A stretch of 64,000 nucleotides of DNA from TPA_inf: Saccharomyces (taxonomy: Eukaryota). The DNA is taken from positions 448,001 to 512,000 of the forward strand of contig BK006934.2 of NCBI GenBank assembly GCA_000146045.2, read 5' to 3'. Made by a program: the position numbers and the translations under genes. How positions within the stretch are numbered: position 1 is the stretch's first letter; the number at the start of each line of letters is the position of its first letter. Below the pieces are notes generated by a model. That model worked only from the letters and a program-made list of their open reading frames with translations. It did no database searches and was not told where the DNA came from. Positions 34,005 to 45,658 of this stretch are shown here, piece after piece.

Positions 34005-35837
34005 TTAGTCTGTTTTAGTCTTTTTTTTCCCTAGGAACTTTTCCTTTAGCTTTAGCAATTTGTATTTTAAGCCAGATTGCAACGTAATCTTATCGGCCTC
34101 TTCGACGGTGACCATTCTCTTCACCATCAAATTGTATAGCATACCGAATATGAGTCCCATGATTGTAGATGTTAGAATGATGACGTTATACGGCATACTA
34201 AAATCCGGTGTAGACAGGGATAACAATAGGGTAGAGGTTCTCATTTCATAAAGAGACGATGAGGACTCCAAAGATAGCACGGTGATTACAGCTGCATCGA
34301 TTTCAAAACCATGGTTTGCATCTGGTGGATACTCGGCAAATTGCAGAAGAGCTTTATCGAATTGATAAGTCATTACAATGTCCGTATTAGCTGGAATTAA
34401 CATCGTGAACTCCAAGTGGCCAGGTCTTTTTCTATCGGCCGCTTGTAAATAGTATTTATCTAAGATGATATCGTTTTCTTGCAATTGCGGAGAGGTAGTA
34501 GAAGTAATTTGAAGAGAGGATAGGTAAACTCTCATGAACCATGGCAATGATTCGAAATAAATCAACTTCACAGGGGTATCATTGTCGTTATGGAAAACAA
34601 TACGCATTCCACCACGATCTTGTCCATTACCAGTCAGAGATCTGCTTACGTGAATTGGGACAGGAACTATGGGAGTAACTTTAGTAGTGTCCGTCGATTC
34701 TAAAATAAAGTCGTAGCCCGAACCACCCTCATTTTGATCGTTTGATAAGTCAAAGCAATTATCATGTGTGCTGAAAATAGTATCGTCAACTGACAAAAAC
34801 GCAGTCCAGGTAGAACGGTCAACTTCTGCACAAATTCTTGTGGGCCTATTAGCAAACAGGTTGCCATTGTTTATTGGTCTGGCAAACAGCTGAGACAGCT
34901 TGAAGTGAGTCTGCGAAGGTTCCGGTAGAGGGAAGCATTGGTAAGAATCAAAGGGTTTATCCGTGTCACAACGCAATGTGTTCCCATCCAAAGGTTTGGG
35001 GATAGGTCTCTCACCTCTTGCCAAGGCGGAGGGAACGTGTGTTACCATTTCTATGCGTGCGTCCATCTCGTAGTGACAAAGAGCATCTTCATCTTCAGAA
35101 CAAATAGTGGCAATATCCAAGGAAATACTATTCCATAGAGAGTCGAACAATTTATGACCATCCAAGAGAGATGTCAAACCGGATTTGCCCCTAGTAGGCA
35201 ATAGTTTTATGAACGGCGTCAAGTTCTCGGTACAGATGGGTTCATTGGGCAACGATGCTCGCATCAGGTACAGTTTCTCGGTGCTATTGAAAAGAGGAGC
35301 TCCTATATCAGAAGCATATGACCGCCGGGGAAAGGTCGTCCTTGACTCGTCGATAAAATTTAAAGAAGAACAAAACAATCCGCTCAATGAATTGGACAGT
35401 TTTTTCCAATTATGGAACGCCTGTTCCTGATCCATGGCCTGCACTTGCGACCACAATTCCACACCTGAGGCACCTGCCTCTTTTCCAGCATGTGGCAACT
35501 GTCCCCACGACAGGGCATCCCAGAATCCTCTGGTAAATCTTAAATGAAACTGACGCGTGGCAGTAGATTCCAACAATGGTGGGATGGCCCGTGGGAAAGT
35601 CGTGTAGTGCTCATACGCATCATATGACATGGATGATACGGCCGGGTCAAACGGTTCCGATTGCAGTTGGAATGCAAATGAGAGTAGCAGATCATTGTTG
35701 GGCAGCGGCTTCAACACCAGTGCTTCGTCGTACGGATACCATAAACTGTCATTTATACCAATCTGCGACACCGTGTCTTCTGCGAACACACCCAGTAGTA
35801 GAGTGCCCAGCATGAAATAGGCCAGTGTGAGGATCAT
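34005..35837 (-). CDS. GPI16: GPI transamidase complex subunit (PIG-T homolog), 610 aa, with N-terminal signal peptide and C-terminal TM
   Basis: A 610-aa ORF with an N-terminal hydrophobic signal and a C-terminal TM followed by a KKxx-like tail. The position matches YHR188C. Confidence 0.88.
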   Translation of the reverse strand: MILTLAYFMLGTLLLGVFAEDTVSQIGINDSLWYPYDEALVLKPLPNNDLLLSFAFQLQSEPFDPAVSSMSYDAYEHYTTFPRAIPPLLESTATRQFHLRFTRGFWDALSWGQLPHAGKEAGASGVELWSQVQAMDQEQAFHNWKKLSNSLSGLFCSSLNFIDESRTTFPRRSYASDIGAPLFNSTEKLYLMRASLPNEPICTENLTPFIKLLPTRGKSGLTSLLDGHKLFDSLWNSISLDIATICSEDEDALCHYEMDARIEMVTHVPSALARGERPIPKPLDGNTLRCDTDKPFDSYQCFPLPEPSQTHFKLSQLFARPINNGNLFANRPTRICAEVDRSTWTAFLSVDDTIFSTHDNCFDLSNDQNEGGSGYDFILESTDTTKVTPIVPVPIHVSRSLTGNGQDRGGMRIVFHNDNDTPVKLIYFESLPWFMRVYLSSLQITSTTSPQLQENDIILDKYYLQAADRKRPGHLEFTMLIPANTDIVMTYQFDKALLQFAEYPPDANHGFEIDAAVITVLSLESSSSLYEMRTSTLLLSLSTPDFSMPYNVIILTSTIMGLIFGMLYNLMVKRMVTVEEADKITLQSGLKYKLLKLKEKFLGKKKTKTD

Positions 35838-36027
35838 CGTCGTCTTGCCTATGCTTTGTTTGCTTTGAACACTTGTTTCCGCTCTCCTTTTACTTATTGG
35901 CTACTAAAACTACGTGTAAAAGATCGCCCAGCGCAAAAAGGTCCGGCGGTTTCAAATAATCTCGAACTATTCCTATAATATGCAAAATAGTAGGTAGGAA
36001 CAAGTCGACTCTAGGCAGATAAGGAAG

Positions 36028-36600
36028 ATGTCCGGTAAATGGAGACTAGTGCTGACCGGGATAGGCAATCCAGAGCCTCAGTACGCTGGTACCCGTCACA
36101 ATGTAGGGCTATATATGCTGGAGCTGCTACGAAAGCGGCTTGGTCTGCAGGGGAGAACTTATTCCCCTGTGCCTAATACGGGCGGCAAAGTGCATTATAT
36201 AGAAGACGAACATTGTACGATACTAAGATCGGATGGCCAGTACATGAATCTAAGTGGAGAACAGGTGTGCAAGGTCTGGGCCCGGTACGCCAAGTACCAA
36301 GCCCGACACGTAGTTATTCATGACGAGTTAAGTGTGGCGTGTGGAAAAGTGCAGCTCAGAGCCCCCAGCACCAGTATTAGAGGTCATAATGGGCTGCGAA
36401 GCCTGCTAAAATGCAGTGGAGGCCGTGTACCCTTTGCCAAATTGGCTATTGGAATCGGCAGAGAACCTGGGTCCCGTTCTAGAGACCCTGCGAGCGTGTC
36501 CCGGTGGGTTCTGGGAGCTCTAACTCCGCAGGAACTACAAACCTTGCTTACACAGAGTGAACCTGCTGCCTGGCGTGCTCTGACTCAGTACATTTCATAG
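36028..36600 (+). CDS. PTH1: Mitochondrial peptidyl-tRNA hydrolase (bacterial Pth type), 190 aa
   Basis: The 190-aa protein starts MSGKWRLVLTGIGNPEPQYAGTRHNVG, the Pth family signature. It is transcribed divergently from GPI16 across a 190-bp gap. Confidence 0.85.
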   Translation: MSGKWRLVLTGIGNPEPQYAGTRHNVGLYMLELLRKRLGLQGRTYSPVPNTGGKVHYIEDEHCTILRSDGQYMNLSGEQVCKVWARYAKYQARHVVIHDELSVACGKVQLRAPSTSIRGHNGLRSLLKCSGGRVPFAKLAIGIGREPGSRSRDPASVSRWVLGALTPQELQTLLTQSEPAAWRALTQYIS

Positions 36601-36844
36601 CCCATCTTCAACAACAATACCGACTTACCATCCTATTTGCTTTGCCCTTTTTCTTTTCCACTGCACTTTGCATCGGAAGGCGTTATCGGTTTTGGGTTTA
36701 GTGCCTAAACGAGCAGCGAGAACACGACCACGGGCTATATAAATGGAAAGTTAGGACAGGGGCAAAGAATAAGAGCACAGAAGAAGAGAAAAGACGAAGA
36801 GCAGAAGCGGAAAACGTATACACGTCACATATCACACACACACA

Positions 36845-38179
36845 ATGGGAAAGCTATTACAATTGGCATTGCATCCGGTCGAGATGAAGGCAGCTTTGAA
36901 GCTGAAGTTTTGCAGAACACCGCTATTCTCCATCTATGATCAGTCCACGTCTCCATATCTCTTGCACTGTTTCGAACTGTTGAACTTGACCTCCAGATCG
37001 TTTGCTGCTGTGATCAGAGAGCTGCATCCAGAATTGAGAAACTGTGTTACTCTCTTTTATTTGATTTTAAGGGCTTTGGATACCATCGAAGACGATATGT
37101 CCATCGAACACGATTTGAAAATTGACTTGTTGCGTCACTTCCACGAGAAATTGTTGTTAACTAAATGGAGTTTCGACGGAAATGCCCCCGATGTGAAGGA
37201 CAGAGCCGTTTTGACAGATTTCGAATCGATTCTTATTGAATTCCACAAATTGAAACCAGAATATCAAGAAGTCATCAAGGAGATCACCGAGAAAATGGGT
37301 AATGGTATGGCCGACTACATCTTAGATGAAAATTACAACTTGAATGGGTTGCAAACCGTCCACGACTACGACGTGTACTGTCACTACGTAGCTGGTTTGG
37401 TCGGTGATGGTTTGACCCGTTTGATTGTCATTGCCAAGTTTGCCAACGAATCTTTGTATTCTAATGAGCAATTGTATGAAAGCATGGGTCTTTTCCTACA
37501 AAAAACCAACATCATCAGAGATTACAATGAAGATTTGGTCGATGGTAGATCCTTCTGGCCCAAGGAAATCTGGTCACAATACGCTCCTCAGTTGAAGGAC
37601 TTCATGAAACCTGAAAACGAACAACTGGGGTTGGACTGTATAAACCACCTCGTCTTAAACGCATTGAGTCATGTTATCGATGTGTTGACTTATTTGGCCG
37701 GTATCCACGAGCAATCCACTTTCCAATTTTGTGCCATTCCCCAAGTTATGGCCATTGCAACCTTGGCTTTGGTATTCAACAACCGTGAAGTGCTACATGG
37801 CAATGTAAAGATTCGTAAGGGTACTACCTGCTATTTAATTTTGAAATCAAGGACTTTGCGTGGCTGTGTCGAGATTTTTGACTATTACTTACGTGATATC
37901 AAATCTAAATTGGCTGTGCAAGATCCAAATTTCTTAAAATTGAACATTCAAATCTCCAAGATCGAACAGTTTATGGAAGAAATGTACCAGGATAAATTAC
38001 CTCCTAACGTGAAGCCAAATGAAACTCCAATTTTCTTGAAAGTTAAAGAAAGATCCAGATACGATGATGAATTGGTTCCAACCCAACAAGAAGAAGAGTA
38101 CAAGTTCAATATGGTTTTATCTATCATCTTGTCCGTTCTTCTTGGGTTTTATTATATATACACTTTACACAGAGCGTGA
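36845..38179 (+). CDS. ERG9: Squalene synthase (farnesyl-diphosphate farnesyltransferase), 444 aa
   Basis: The 444-aa protein has Asp-rich motifs ([24 protein letters not shown]) and a C-terminal TM anchor. The position matches YHR190W. Confidence 0.95.
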   Translation: MGKLLQLALHPVEMKAALKLKFCRTPLFSIYDQSTSPYLLHCFELLNLTSRSFAAVIRELHPELRNCVTLFYLILRALDTIEDDMSIEHDLKIDLLRHFHEKLLLTKWSFDGNAPDVKDRAVLTDFESILIEFHKLKPEYQEVIKEITEKMGNGMADYILDENYNLNGLQTVHDYDVYCHYVAGLVGDGLTRLIVIAKFANESLYSNEQLYESMGLFLQKTNIIRDYNEDLVDGRSFWPKEIWSQYAPQLKDFMKPENEQLGLDCINHLVLNALSHVIDVLTYLAGIHEQSTFQFCAIPQVMAIATLALVFNNREVLHGNVKIRKGTTCYLILKSRTLRGCVEIFDYYLRDIKSKLAVQDPNFLKLNIQISKIEQFMEEMYQDKLPPNVKPNETPIFLKVKERSRYDDELVPTQQEEEYKFNMVLSIILSVLLGFYYIYTLHRA

Positions 38180-38229
38180 AGTCTGCGCCAAATAACATAA
38201 ACAAACAACTCCGAACAATAACTAAGTAC

Positions 38230-38631
38230 TTACATAATAGGTAGAGGCCTATCCTTAAAGATAACCTTATATTTCATTACATCAACTAATTCGACCTTAT
38301 TATCTTTCGAATTGAAATGCATTATACCCATCGGTACGTCTAGCTTTGTCACCTTCCCCAGTAAACGCTGTTTCTTGCCGACAAACAATGTGGCCCTCTC
38401 TCCGTCAATCTGTAACGACCCAAATCGTATTAAAGTTTCGCCGTCCTGTTCACTGAACCTTCCCTCATTTGGAGAATCTCTCCTCGCCAGCGACGCAAAG
38501 TCCTTAGGCAACTCTAGTTCACCTTGAATCTCCAGCATCATCATCCCAAGCGGTGTTATCACCGTGGTCTGCTTTTCTCTTGACTGTGTCAACTTCTGCC
38601 ATTGACTAGCATCTATATCTACACTAGGCAT
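38230..38631 (-). CDS. CTF8: Subunit of the Ctf18 RFC-like complex (sister chromatid cohesion), 133 aa
   Basis: The track ORF (171 aa) is trimmed to the ATG giving MPSVDIDASQWQKL... and 133 aa. The position matches YHR191C. Confidence 0.78.
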   Translation of the reverse strand: MPSVDIDASQWQKLTQSREKQTTVITPLGMMMLEIQGELELPKDFASLARRDSPNEGRFSEQDGETLIRFGSLQIDGERATLFVGKKQRLLGKVTKLDVPMGIMHFNSKDNKVELVDVMKYKVIFKDRPLPIM

Positions 38632-38825
38632 TCTTTTCAGCTGTTTATTGGGCTGAATGATAGTGATAATTCTTTTTTCTATCACTCCTTTGGCTATATT
38701 AGTGGTTAGCTTACTAAAAAAGATTAAAGGAAAAATGAAATTCAAGATGCTAACGTTGACATGTATATTTTAAGAAAACAAAAATCATACAAAGAGGAGA
38801 TCGGATATAAAAGAATAACATAAAT

Positions 38826-39662
38826 ATGTTTAGTGCATTAGGTAAATGGGTCCGAGGCTCTCGCAATGATAAGGACTTTGTGACGAAGTATACCGCAGAT
38901 TTATCACAAATAACTTCACAGATCCATCAATTAGATGTCGCGTTAAAGAAAAGCCAATCCATCTTGAGTCAATGGCAATCAAATCTGACCTTTTATGGTA
39001 TTGCGTTAACGGTATTGGCCCTGAGCTACACATATTGGGAGTACCATGGTTATCGACCATACCTTGTGGTGACTGCGCTACTATGCATAGGCTCGCTAAT
39101 CTTGTTCAAATGGGCATTAACCAAACTCTATGCATTTTATAACAACAATAGGTTACGCAAGTTGGCAAAACTCCGTGCAATTCATCAAAAGAAACTGGAA
39201 AAGTTAAAGGAAGAGACCCACTATAATGCTACAAGCTCAATCATCCAACGGTTTTCTTCCGGTGAAGATCAAAACGACGATGCCATGGTACTTCTAGATG
39301 ATGAATTAAATGCTAAATACCAAGAATTAAACAATCTAAAGACAGAGCTAGAAAAATTTAAGAAGGAAAGCCATGTAAAGGGCCTAAAGAAGGAAGACAG
39401 CGATGCATGGTTCGACAAAATCATCAGCGTACTGGCAGGCGGTAATGAATTGGACTCAACAAGTTCGCTCTCTCCCTTCAAAAAAATCATATGTCCACAG
39501 TGTCATTGGAAATCCAATTGCTACAGATTGGCCAGTAAGCCAATCATCTTTATCTGTCCTCACTGTAACCACAAAATAGACGAAGTAAAGGAAAGAGAAG
39601 ACGCCATTGAAGCAAAACAACCGGCACAGCCTTCGCAGTCGGAGAAGGAAAAAACAAAATGA
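38826..39662 (+). CDS. LNP1: Lunapark-family ER three-way-junction protein with a C-terminal zinc finger, 278 aa
   Basis: Two N-terminal TM segments, a coiled coil, and a CPQC...CPHC zinc finger. The position matches YHR192W. Confidence 0.85.
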   Translation: MFSALGKWVRGSRNDKDFVTKYTADLSQITSQIHQLDVALKKSQSILSQWQSNLTFYGIALTVLALSYTYWEYHGYRPYLVVTALLCIGSLILFKWALTKLYAFYNNNRLRKLAKLRAIHQKKLEKLKEETHYNATSSIIQRFSSGEDQNDDAMVLLDDELNAKYQELNNLKTELEKFKKESHVKGLKKEDSDAWFDKIISVLAGGNELDSTSSLSPFKKIICPQCHWKSNCYRLASKPIIFICPHCNHKIDEVKEREDAIEAKQPAQPSQSEKEKTK

Positions 39663-39711
39663 TTTTGCGTTAGAATAACTACGTACCCCTATATAATATA
39701 TTTTTATATCA

Positions 39712-40236
39712 TTATTTAGACAAGGACATGATAGCGTTGACTAAGTCACCATTGTGAGCTTTCAGGGCTTTGATGGCTTGGTTTTTGGAAACGTTAGTTT
39801 GTTGAACGACTAACTCGATATCATCCTTATTCAAGTCACCGGCATCAACTTCACCTTCTTCGTCATCTTCTTCTGCTGCGGCGTTGACACTGCCTTCTGC
39901 GGCGGCTTGCATGTCAGCTTGGATGTCTTCTGGGGACTTGGTAGCGACGTCTTCGTTAGATGGCATAATACCGCTAGCTTGAGCTTGTTGTTGAGCAGCG
40001 GCTAGCTTTTGGGTAAAGTTGTCAACCTTAGCTTCACCGAAGACAACGTAGTTACCACCGGCAGATCTGAAGACTTCTGGCTTTTCAATAGCATAGATTT
40101 GGTTGTCCTTCTTCCTGAAAGTGACTCTGATGATACCTGGGATTTGCTTCAAACCCAATTTGCCAATCAATTCTCTGGCTTTCTTTTCGTTCTTGTTTAA
40201 GACGGTAACGTTGGCGTTTTCTGGGATAGCAGACAT
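39712..40236 (-). CDS. EGD2: Nascent polypeptide-associated complex alpha subunit with a C-terminal UBA domain, 174 aa
   Basis: The track ORF starts at TTG 40242. The ATG at 40236 gives MSAIPENANVTVLNK... and 174 aa with a NAC domain and UBA tail. Strong codon bias is present. Confidence 0.9.
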   Translation of the reverse strand: MSAIPENANVTVLNKNEKKARELIGKLGLKQIPGIIRVTFRKKDNQIYAIEKPEVFRSAGGNYVVFGEAKVDNFTQKLAAAQQQAQASGIMPSNEDVATKSPEDIQADMQAAAEGSVNAAAEEDDEEGEVDAGDLNKDDIELVVQQTNVSKNQAIKALKAHNGDLVNAIMSLSK

Positions 40237-40656
40237 TATCAATTGAGTATGTGGGTGTGTGGTTGCTTGTAAGGGTTGCTCCCAGAAGGAGACTTTACCT
40301 TAGTTCTTGTTTAAAATAATCCTTTTCATTCAACTTTTTGTCATTTTTTTCTTCGGCGATGAAAAATTTTCAAAAAAAAAAACAGACCTAACAAAAGGGC
40401 AAAAGACCTATTATACTATATGACCGAAAAAACTTACGCCCTATTAAATAAAGAAGAAACCTAAAGAAGATAAACTAAAAACCCTTCTAATATTAGGTCA
40501 CAATAATTGAAATTTCACTGCAACTTTCCCTTTTTATCTTAAAGGATATCCACTTGACTATCCTCAGTAAGAGTTGATCGGAAATGTGTCATGACTACGC
40601 ATTATCACGTAGGCATATATATGTAAATTCGGACGGGAAAGCTGGCAGTCTACTAT

Positions 40657-42396
40657 ATGTCCCTTTTTACCAGGCCTTTTCTAAGGAGCCCCCGGCAGTT
40701 TTCTGTAGCAAGGTATGTGTATTGGGCTAGAAGCCCTGCCCTTCGAAGTAACTTGAGAATACCGTCAATAGCAGCGGCATCGCTAAGAGCATATTCTAAT
40801 GAGTCTAAAACTGGAAGGGATGCTCCTCCCGACAAAAAATCAAAAAAGCTATCAAACCTGAAATACATTACTGAAAGGGATTCCCTGCTGGTGCAGACCA
40901 ACAATATTTTTACTAAGCTCAAAATAAACATACGATGGTTCTTGAAAAAGTCCACCCGGCCGTTCAATTCAGACGATATAAGTGCGTTCATCTCATGGAT
41001 CCTCGTGAGCAACATTTTCATATTCATCTTCTGGACAACCACCTTTGTATCTTTGATCCTTTACTTAATCAATACCGTGTTTGCACAAGAATACCTCGCA
41101 AGCAAGATTGGTAAATTTATTACTAAGAATGAGTCGTTGTCAATCGTTTTCGAGAGTGCCATTGTACCAGACTGGTCGTCTGGGAAAATCAGCTTTCAAA
41201 AAGTCTTCGTCTCCAGGAGACCAAAGGTCTCGCGCGGCTTTACCAAGGGTTCACAGCAGGATGCCCTGCAAAGGGCGAAGTTGGCCCTTAGTGAGAGAAT
41301 ATTGGTTAACCAACAGGACTTTGATAATGGCAATTATACACAGTTTGATCTGACCATTGACCAAGTCGACATATCGTTGAATTTCAGAAAGTGGATAAAT
41401 GGGAAGGGTATCCTAGACGAAGTGACCATAAATGGGCTTAGAGGAGTCATAGACAGAACACACGTGGTGTGGAAAAAGGACGACGATCCTAAGAACTATC
41501 TGAACGTCTACCAGCCGGGCGACTTTGAAATATCAAAATTCACCATGAACGATGTCCTTTGTACACTGTACCAGCCAAATGGGTTCAGGCCATTCCAGGT
41601 GAGTATATTTAATTGCGATCTACCGCAATTGAGAAAACATTGGTTGTTCTACGATATCTTGAATGCGAACAATATCAATGGGACCTACGACAATTCAATG
41701 TTCACTATCCACAAGAAGTTCAGAACCGATGATCAGCATCAGGACCCCACGCTGCTATGGAAGCAAATGACAAGGTTTAGGGTAGACAATCTCGACATCG
41801 ATCACCTGAACGCCGGTATCGAAGGACCCTTTGGATGGATCAACGAAGGTCGCGTGAACATGATTGGCGACGTTCTTTTACCAGATGACGATGCCGCGTC
41901 TGACTCGCTGCAACTGACAGAAATCCTCACAGAGATCGGTGACCGCTTAATCAAAAAAGCGAAAAGGTACACTTCATCCCTTCCTCTGGTTGGGCCAGGA
42001 TTCTCCCCGGCCGTTGATGAAATTGACCCGAACGACTACTTTATTATGGACTTTTCTTTAAGACTATACAATGTCAAAGCCGAAGTCCCTCTGTTCACTT
42101 CTGGCTTAACGTATATCAATAGTGCATTGATAAGGCCTATTGTCGGGTACATCAATTCTCACAGGACATACATCCCAATCAAATGCCGCATTGTAAAGAA
42201 AAAGTCTGATTTTGAGGGCTCCTGGACCATATATGATTCATACCTTATGCGGGATCTAAGTGCGGAAGCGTACGATGCCTTCGCCGACTACGTCGCTGAC
42301 GATGAAAAGAGGACATTACGCTTGAGAAGGGTGGGCTTTTGGTCACTGCAACTTATACTCCAGGTGATTTTGATGAGTCTCGGTGCTATCGCGTGA
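40657..42396 (+). CDS. MDM31: Mitochondrial inner-membrane protein required for mtDNA and mitochondrial morphology, 579 aa
   Basis: A 579-aa protein with an N-terminal presequence-like region (MSLFTRPFLRSPRQF...). The position matches YHR194W. Confidence 0.85.
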   Translation: MSLFTRPFLRSPRQFSVARYVYWARSPALRSNLRIPSIAAASLRAYSNESKTGRDAPPDKKSKKLSNLKYITERDSLLVQTNNIFTKLKINIRWFLKKSTRPFNSDDISAFISWILVSNIFIFIFWTTTFVSLILYLINTVFAQEYLASKIGKFITKNESLSIVFESAIVPDWSSGKISFQKVFVSRRPKVSRGFTKGSQQDALQRAKLALSERILVNQQDFDNGNYTQFDLTIDQVDISLNFRKWINGKGILDEVTINGLRGVIDRTHVVWKKDDDPKNYLNVYQPGDFEISKFTMNDVLCTLYQPNGFRPFQVSIFNCDLPQLRKHWLFYDILNANNINGTYDNSMFTIHKKFRTDDQHQDPTLLWKQMTRFRVDNLDIDHLNAGIEGPFGWINEGRVNMIGDVLLPDDDAASDSLQLTEILTEIGDRLIKKAKRYTSSLPLVGPGFSPAVDEIDPNDYFIMDFSLRLYNVKAEVPLFTSGLTYINSALIRPIVGYINSHRTYIPIKCRIVKKKSDFEGSWTIYDSYLMRDLSAEAYDAFADYVADDEKRTLRLRRVGFWSLQLILQVILMSLGAIA

Positions 42397-42746
42397 GGAA
42401 TACCTACTCCTGTCACTTTCTGTACATATGCATTTACATAGCATCGTTCTTTCTATCAGTTTATCTAATTTGTGACGCATCTTTCTTCTTTCTACACTGC
42501 GGAAAATCCTATTTGAAAAAAAATAGACGAAAAATATCAGGACCCACCCCCTTATGAAGGAGAGAAGGGGAAGAGGAGCTGCAAAACAAAAAGGTGAGGC
42601 TTCTTCTGTCCAGATTTTTGTGAGTGAGAGAGTGTGTGGGAAGAGAAGGAATTAAACCAAACAAAAATTGGAACCAACAACTGTTGCGTTTGCGTGTGTG
42701 CATAATATCAAAAAAGCTACAAATATAATTGTAAAATATAATAAGC

Positions 42747-43712
42747 ATGACTCGTCCCCCATTGGTTCGTGGAATCTTTTCGTTAGGTCTTTCTGTAGCC
42801 GTTTTGAAAGGTGTTGAAAAAACAGTTCGTAAGCATTTGGAAAGACAGGGATGGATAGAGCCCCAGAAAGTGGACTATGAGTTAATTTTCACTATAGATA
42901 GGTTGAAAAACTTGGTAGATAATAAGCGTGAGGCTTTAACTGCGGAACAACCCGACGCTGGTGAACTGAGCTGGCGTAAAGTATTTAATTTCATTTCCAG
43001 ACAATCCAGCGAATTGGACACACGAATATACGTTCTTATACTACTCCTATCCTTTCTACTACCTATCGCGTGGACTGTACTGGACGGTGATCGCGAGACC
43101 ACGCTAGAAGATAAGGATAACGATTGTAATGTAGATCTTATTGAAAACGAAAGGAGGCTGAAGCATTACAACGATGGTGAAAGAGCAGTATTGCAATTTG
43201 GTAAAAATAGATCCGAACCTATTATATTAAGCTATAAGGACATGAACGTTTTGGAAGGGGAACATGAGTTTACCTCCAAAGAGGAACACAGTAACAGCCA
43301 TTTGACAAGCAAGAGCGAAAATGCACTAAACCAAGTAGGGAGTGAAGATTTGTTAGGTTGTCACCTGGAAAAGCAATTGGAAGAAGACAAAAATGAACCG
43401 AATGGAGAAGCAGACGGTGAGGATGATAATAACCGGGAAAAGGATTGCAGCTCCAGTTCAGAAGTTGAGTCGCAGAGTAAATGCCGAAAGGAAAGTACTG
43501 CAGAGCCTGACTCTCTCTCACGGGATACCAGAACAACCTCTTCCCTTAAATCAAGTACATCATTCCCCATATCATTCAAGGGCTCGATAGACCTTAAGTC
43601 GTTAAACCAGCCTTCATCATTGTTGCATATACAAGTATCTCCCACAAAATCTAGTAATCTAGATGCACAAGTGAACACTGAACAAGCATACTCTCAACCA
43701 TTTAGATACTAA
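42747..43712 (+). CDS. NVJ1: Nucleus-vacuole junction protein (Vac8-binding), 321 aa
   Basis: A 321-aa protein with an N-terminal membrane anchor. The position matches YHR195W. Confidence 0.85.
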   Translation: MTRPPLVRGIFSLGLSVAVLKGVEKTVRKHLERQGWIEPQKVDYELIFTIDRLKNLVDNKREALTAEQPDAGELSWRKVFNFISRQSSELDTRIYVLILLLSFLLPIAWTVLDGDRETTLEDKDNDCNVDLIENERRLKHYNDGERAVLQFGKNRSEPIILSYKDMNVLEGEHEFTSKEEHSNSHLTSKSENALNQVGSEDLLGCHLEKQLEEDKNEPNGEADGEDDNNREKDCSSSSEVESQSKCRKESTAEPDSLSRDTRTTSSLKSSTSFPISFKGSIDLKSLNQPSSLLHIQVSPTKSSNLDAQVNTEQAYSQPFRY

Positions 43713-43930
43713 TGTACTATATTTCCGTCATCTCGGTTATCATCGTCACTTACAACGAGGTGCGAAAATTTTTTTCTTCTAAAGGTGAGAAGAAAACATG
43801 AAAAATTTTGAAAAATTTAACGATGAGATGGAGTTTTCAAGTAACTTTATGTAGTTGAAATACATATTAGTACTCCGTTGCAATATATAACGCCGGGCAT
43901 TCTCCACGTATATACATACCGTAGTGCACA

Positions 43931-45658
43931 ATGGGCTCCTCTTTGGATTTGGTGGCGAGCTTCTCGCATGATTCCACTCGTTTTGCATTCCAAGCAAGCG
44001 TCGCACAAAAGAACAATGTGGATATTTATCCATTAAATGAAACTAAGGATTATGTGGTCAATAGTTCATTAGTGAGTCATATTGACTATGAGACAAACGA
44101 TATGAAGGTTTCAGATGTAATCTTCTTTGGGTGGTGTAGTGATTTGATAGATACGCAGTCATCCAATATCAAAAGAAAATTAGATGAAGATGAAGGAACT
44201 GGTGAATCAAGTGAGCAAAGATGTGAAAACTTTTTCGTTAACGGATTTCCTGACGGAAGAATTGTTGTTTACTCTTCTAATGGTAAGGATATAGTTAATA
44301 TCATCAAGAATAAAAAAGAGATTTTGGGAGCAGACACAGACGAGTCTGATATATGGATTTTGGATAGTGATAAAGTCGTTAAGAAATTACAGTATAACAA
44401 TTCGAAACCTCTAAAGACTTTTACGCTAGTTGATGGTAAAGATGACGAAATAGTTCATTTCCAAATTTTGCACCAAAATGGCACTTTATTGGTATGCATT
44501 ATTACTAAACAGATGGTTTATATTGTTGATCCATCAAAGAGAAGACCCTCTACTAAGTATAGTTTTGAAATATCAGACGCTGTAGCATGTGAATTTTCTT
44601 CAGACGGTAAGTATCTGTTAATTGCCAACAACGAAGAATTAATAGCTTACGACTTGAAGGAAGATTCAAAGCTGATCCAATCATGGCCTGTCCAAGTGAA
44701 GACATTGAAAACTTTAGATGATTTGATAATGGCTTTGACTACTGATGGTAAAATTAATAATTATAAGATTGGCGAAGCCGACAAAGTTTGTTCTATAGTT
44801 GTAAATGAAGATTTGGAAATTATAGATTTCACGCCAATAAACAGCAAGCAACAGGTTCTAATTTCATGGCTAAATGTCAATGAACCCAACTTTGAATCTA
44901 TTTCTTTAAAAGAAATTGAAACTCAGGGGTATATTACAATAAACAAAAATGAAAAAAATAATGCTGATGAAGCGGACCAAAAGAAATTAGAAGAGAAAGA
45001 AGAAGAAGCTCAGCCTGAAGTTCAACATGAGAAGAAGGAGACTGAAACTAAGATAAACAAGAAAGTTAGTAAATCAGATCAAGTTGAAATTGCTAATATT
45101 CTCTCATCGCATTTAGAAGCTAATTCAACAGAAATATTGGATGATCTGATGTCTGGAAGTTGGACAGAACCAGAGATTAAAAAATTCATCTTAACCAAGA
45201 TCAATACAGTAGATCATCTAAGTAAGATATTTTTGACTATATCAAAGTCAATAACACAAAATCCATGGAATGAAGAAAATTTACTTCCGTTGTGGCTTAA
45301 GTGGTTGCTGACTTTGAAAAGTGGGGAGTTAAATTCTATAAAGGATAAACATACAAAGAAAAATTGCAAGCATTTAAAATCTGCATTAAGATCTTCAGAG
45401 GAGATCTTGCCTGTTCTACTCGGTATACAAGGTAGATTAGAAATGTTGAGGAGGCAAGCAAAATTGAGAGAGGATCTTGCACAACTATCTATGCAAGAGG
45501 GTGAAGATGATGAAATAGAAGTTATAGAGCATTCAAATGTAATTAGTAATCCTTTGCAGGATCAAGCATCGCCTGTTGAAAAGCTTGAACCAGATTCAAT
45601 TGTTTATGCAAATGGAGAAAGTGACGAATTTGTCGACGCATCGGAATACAAAGATTGA
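43931..45658 (+). CDS. UTP9: SSU processome/t-UTP subcomplex component, 575 aa
   Basis: A 575-aa protein with WD-like repeats in the N-terminal half and a K/E-rich coiled-coil C-terminus. The position matches YHR196W. Confidence 0.82.
   Translation: MGSSLDLVASFSHDSTRFAFQASVAQKNNVDIYPLNETKDYVVNSSLVSHIDYETNDMKVSDVIFFGWCSDLIDTQSSNIKRKLDEDEGTGESSEQRCENFFVNGFPDGRIVVYSSNGKDIVNIIKNKKEILGADTDESDIWILDSDKVVKKLQYNNSKPLKTFTLVDGKDDEIVHFQILHQNGTLLVCIITKQMVYIVDPSKRRPSTKYSFEISDAVACEFSSDGKYLLIANNEELIAYDLKEDSKLIQSWPVQVKTLKTLDDLIMALTTDGKINNYKIGEADKVCSIVVNEDLEIIDFTPINSKQQVLISWLNVNEPNFESISLKEIETQGYITINKNEKNNADEADQKKLEEKEEEAQPEVQHEKKETETKINKKVSKSDQVEIANILSSHLEANSTEILDDLMSGSWTEPEIKKFILTKINTVDHLSKIFLTISKSITQNPWNEENLLPLWLKWLLTLKSGELNSIKDKHTKKNCKHLKSALRSSEEILPVLLGIQGRLEMLRRQAKLREDLAQLSMQEGEDDEIEVIEHSNVISNPLQDQASPVEKLEPDSIVYANGESDEFVDASEYKD

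Noticed and set aside
40653-41042. 129-aa minus-strand ORF overlapping the 5' end of MDM31
   Set aside because: It is antisense to a well-supported gene and has no features. It corresponds to a dubious overlapping ORF.
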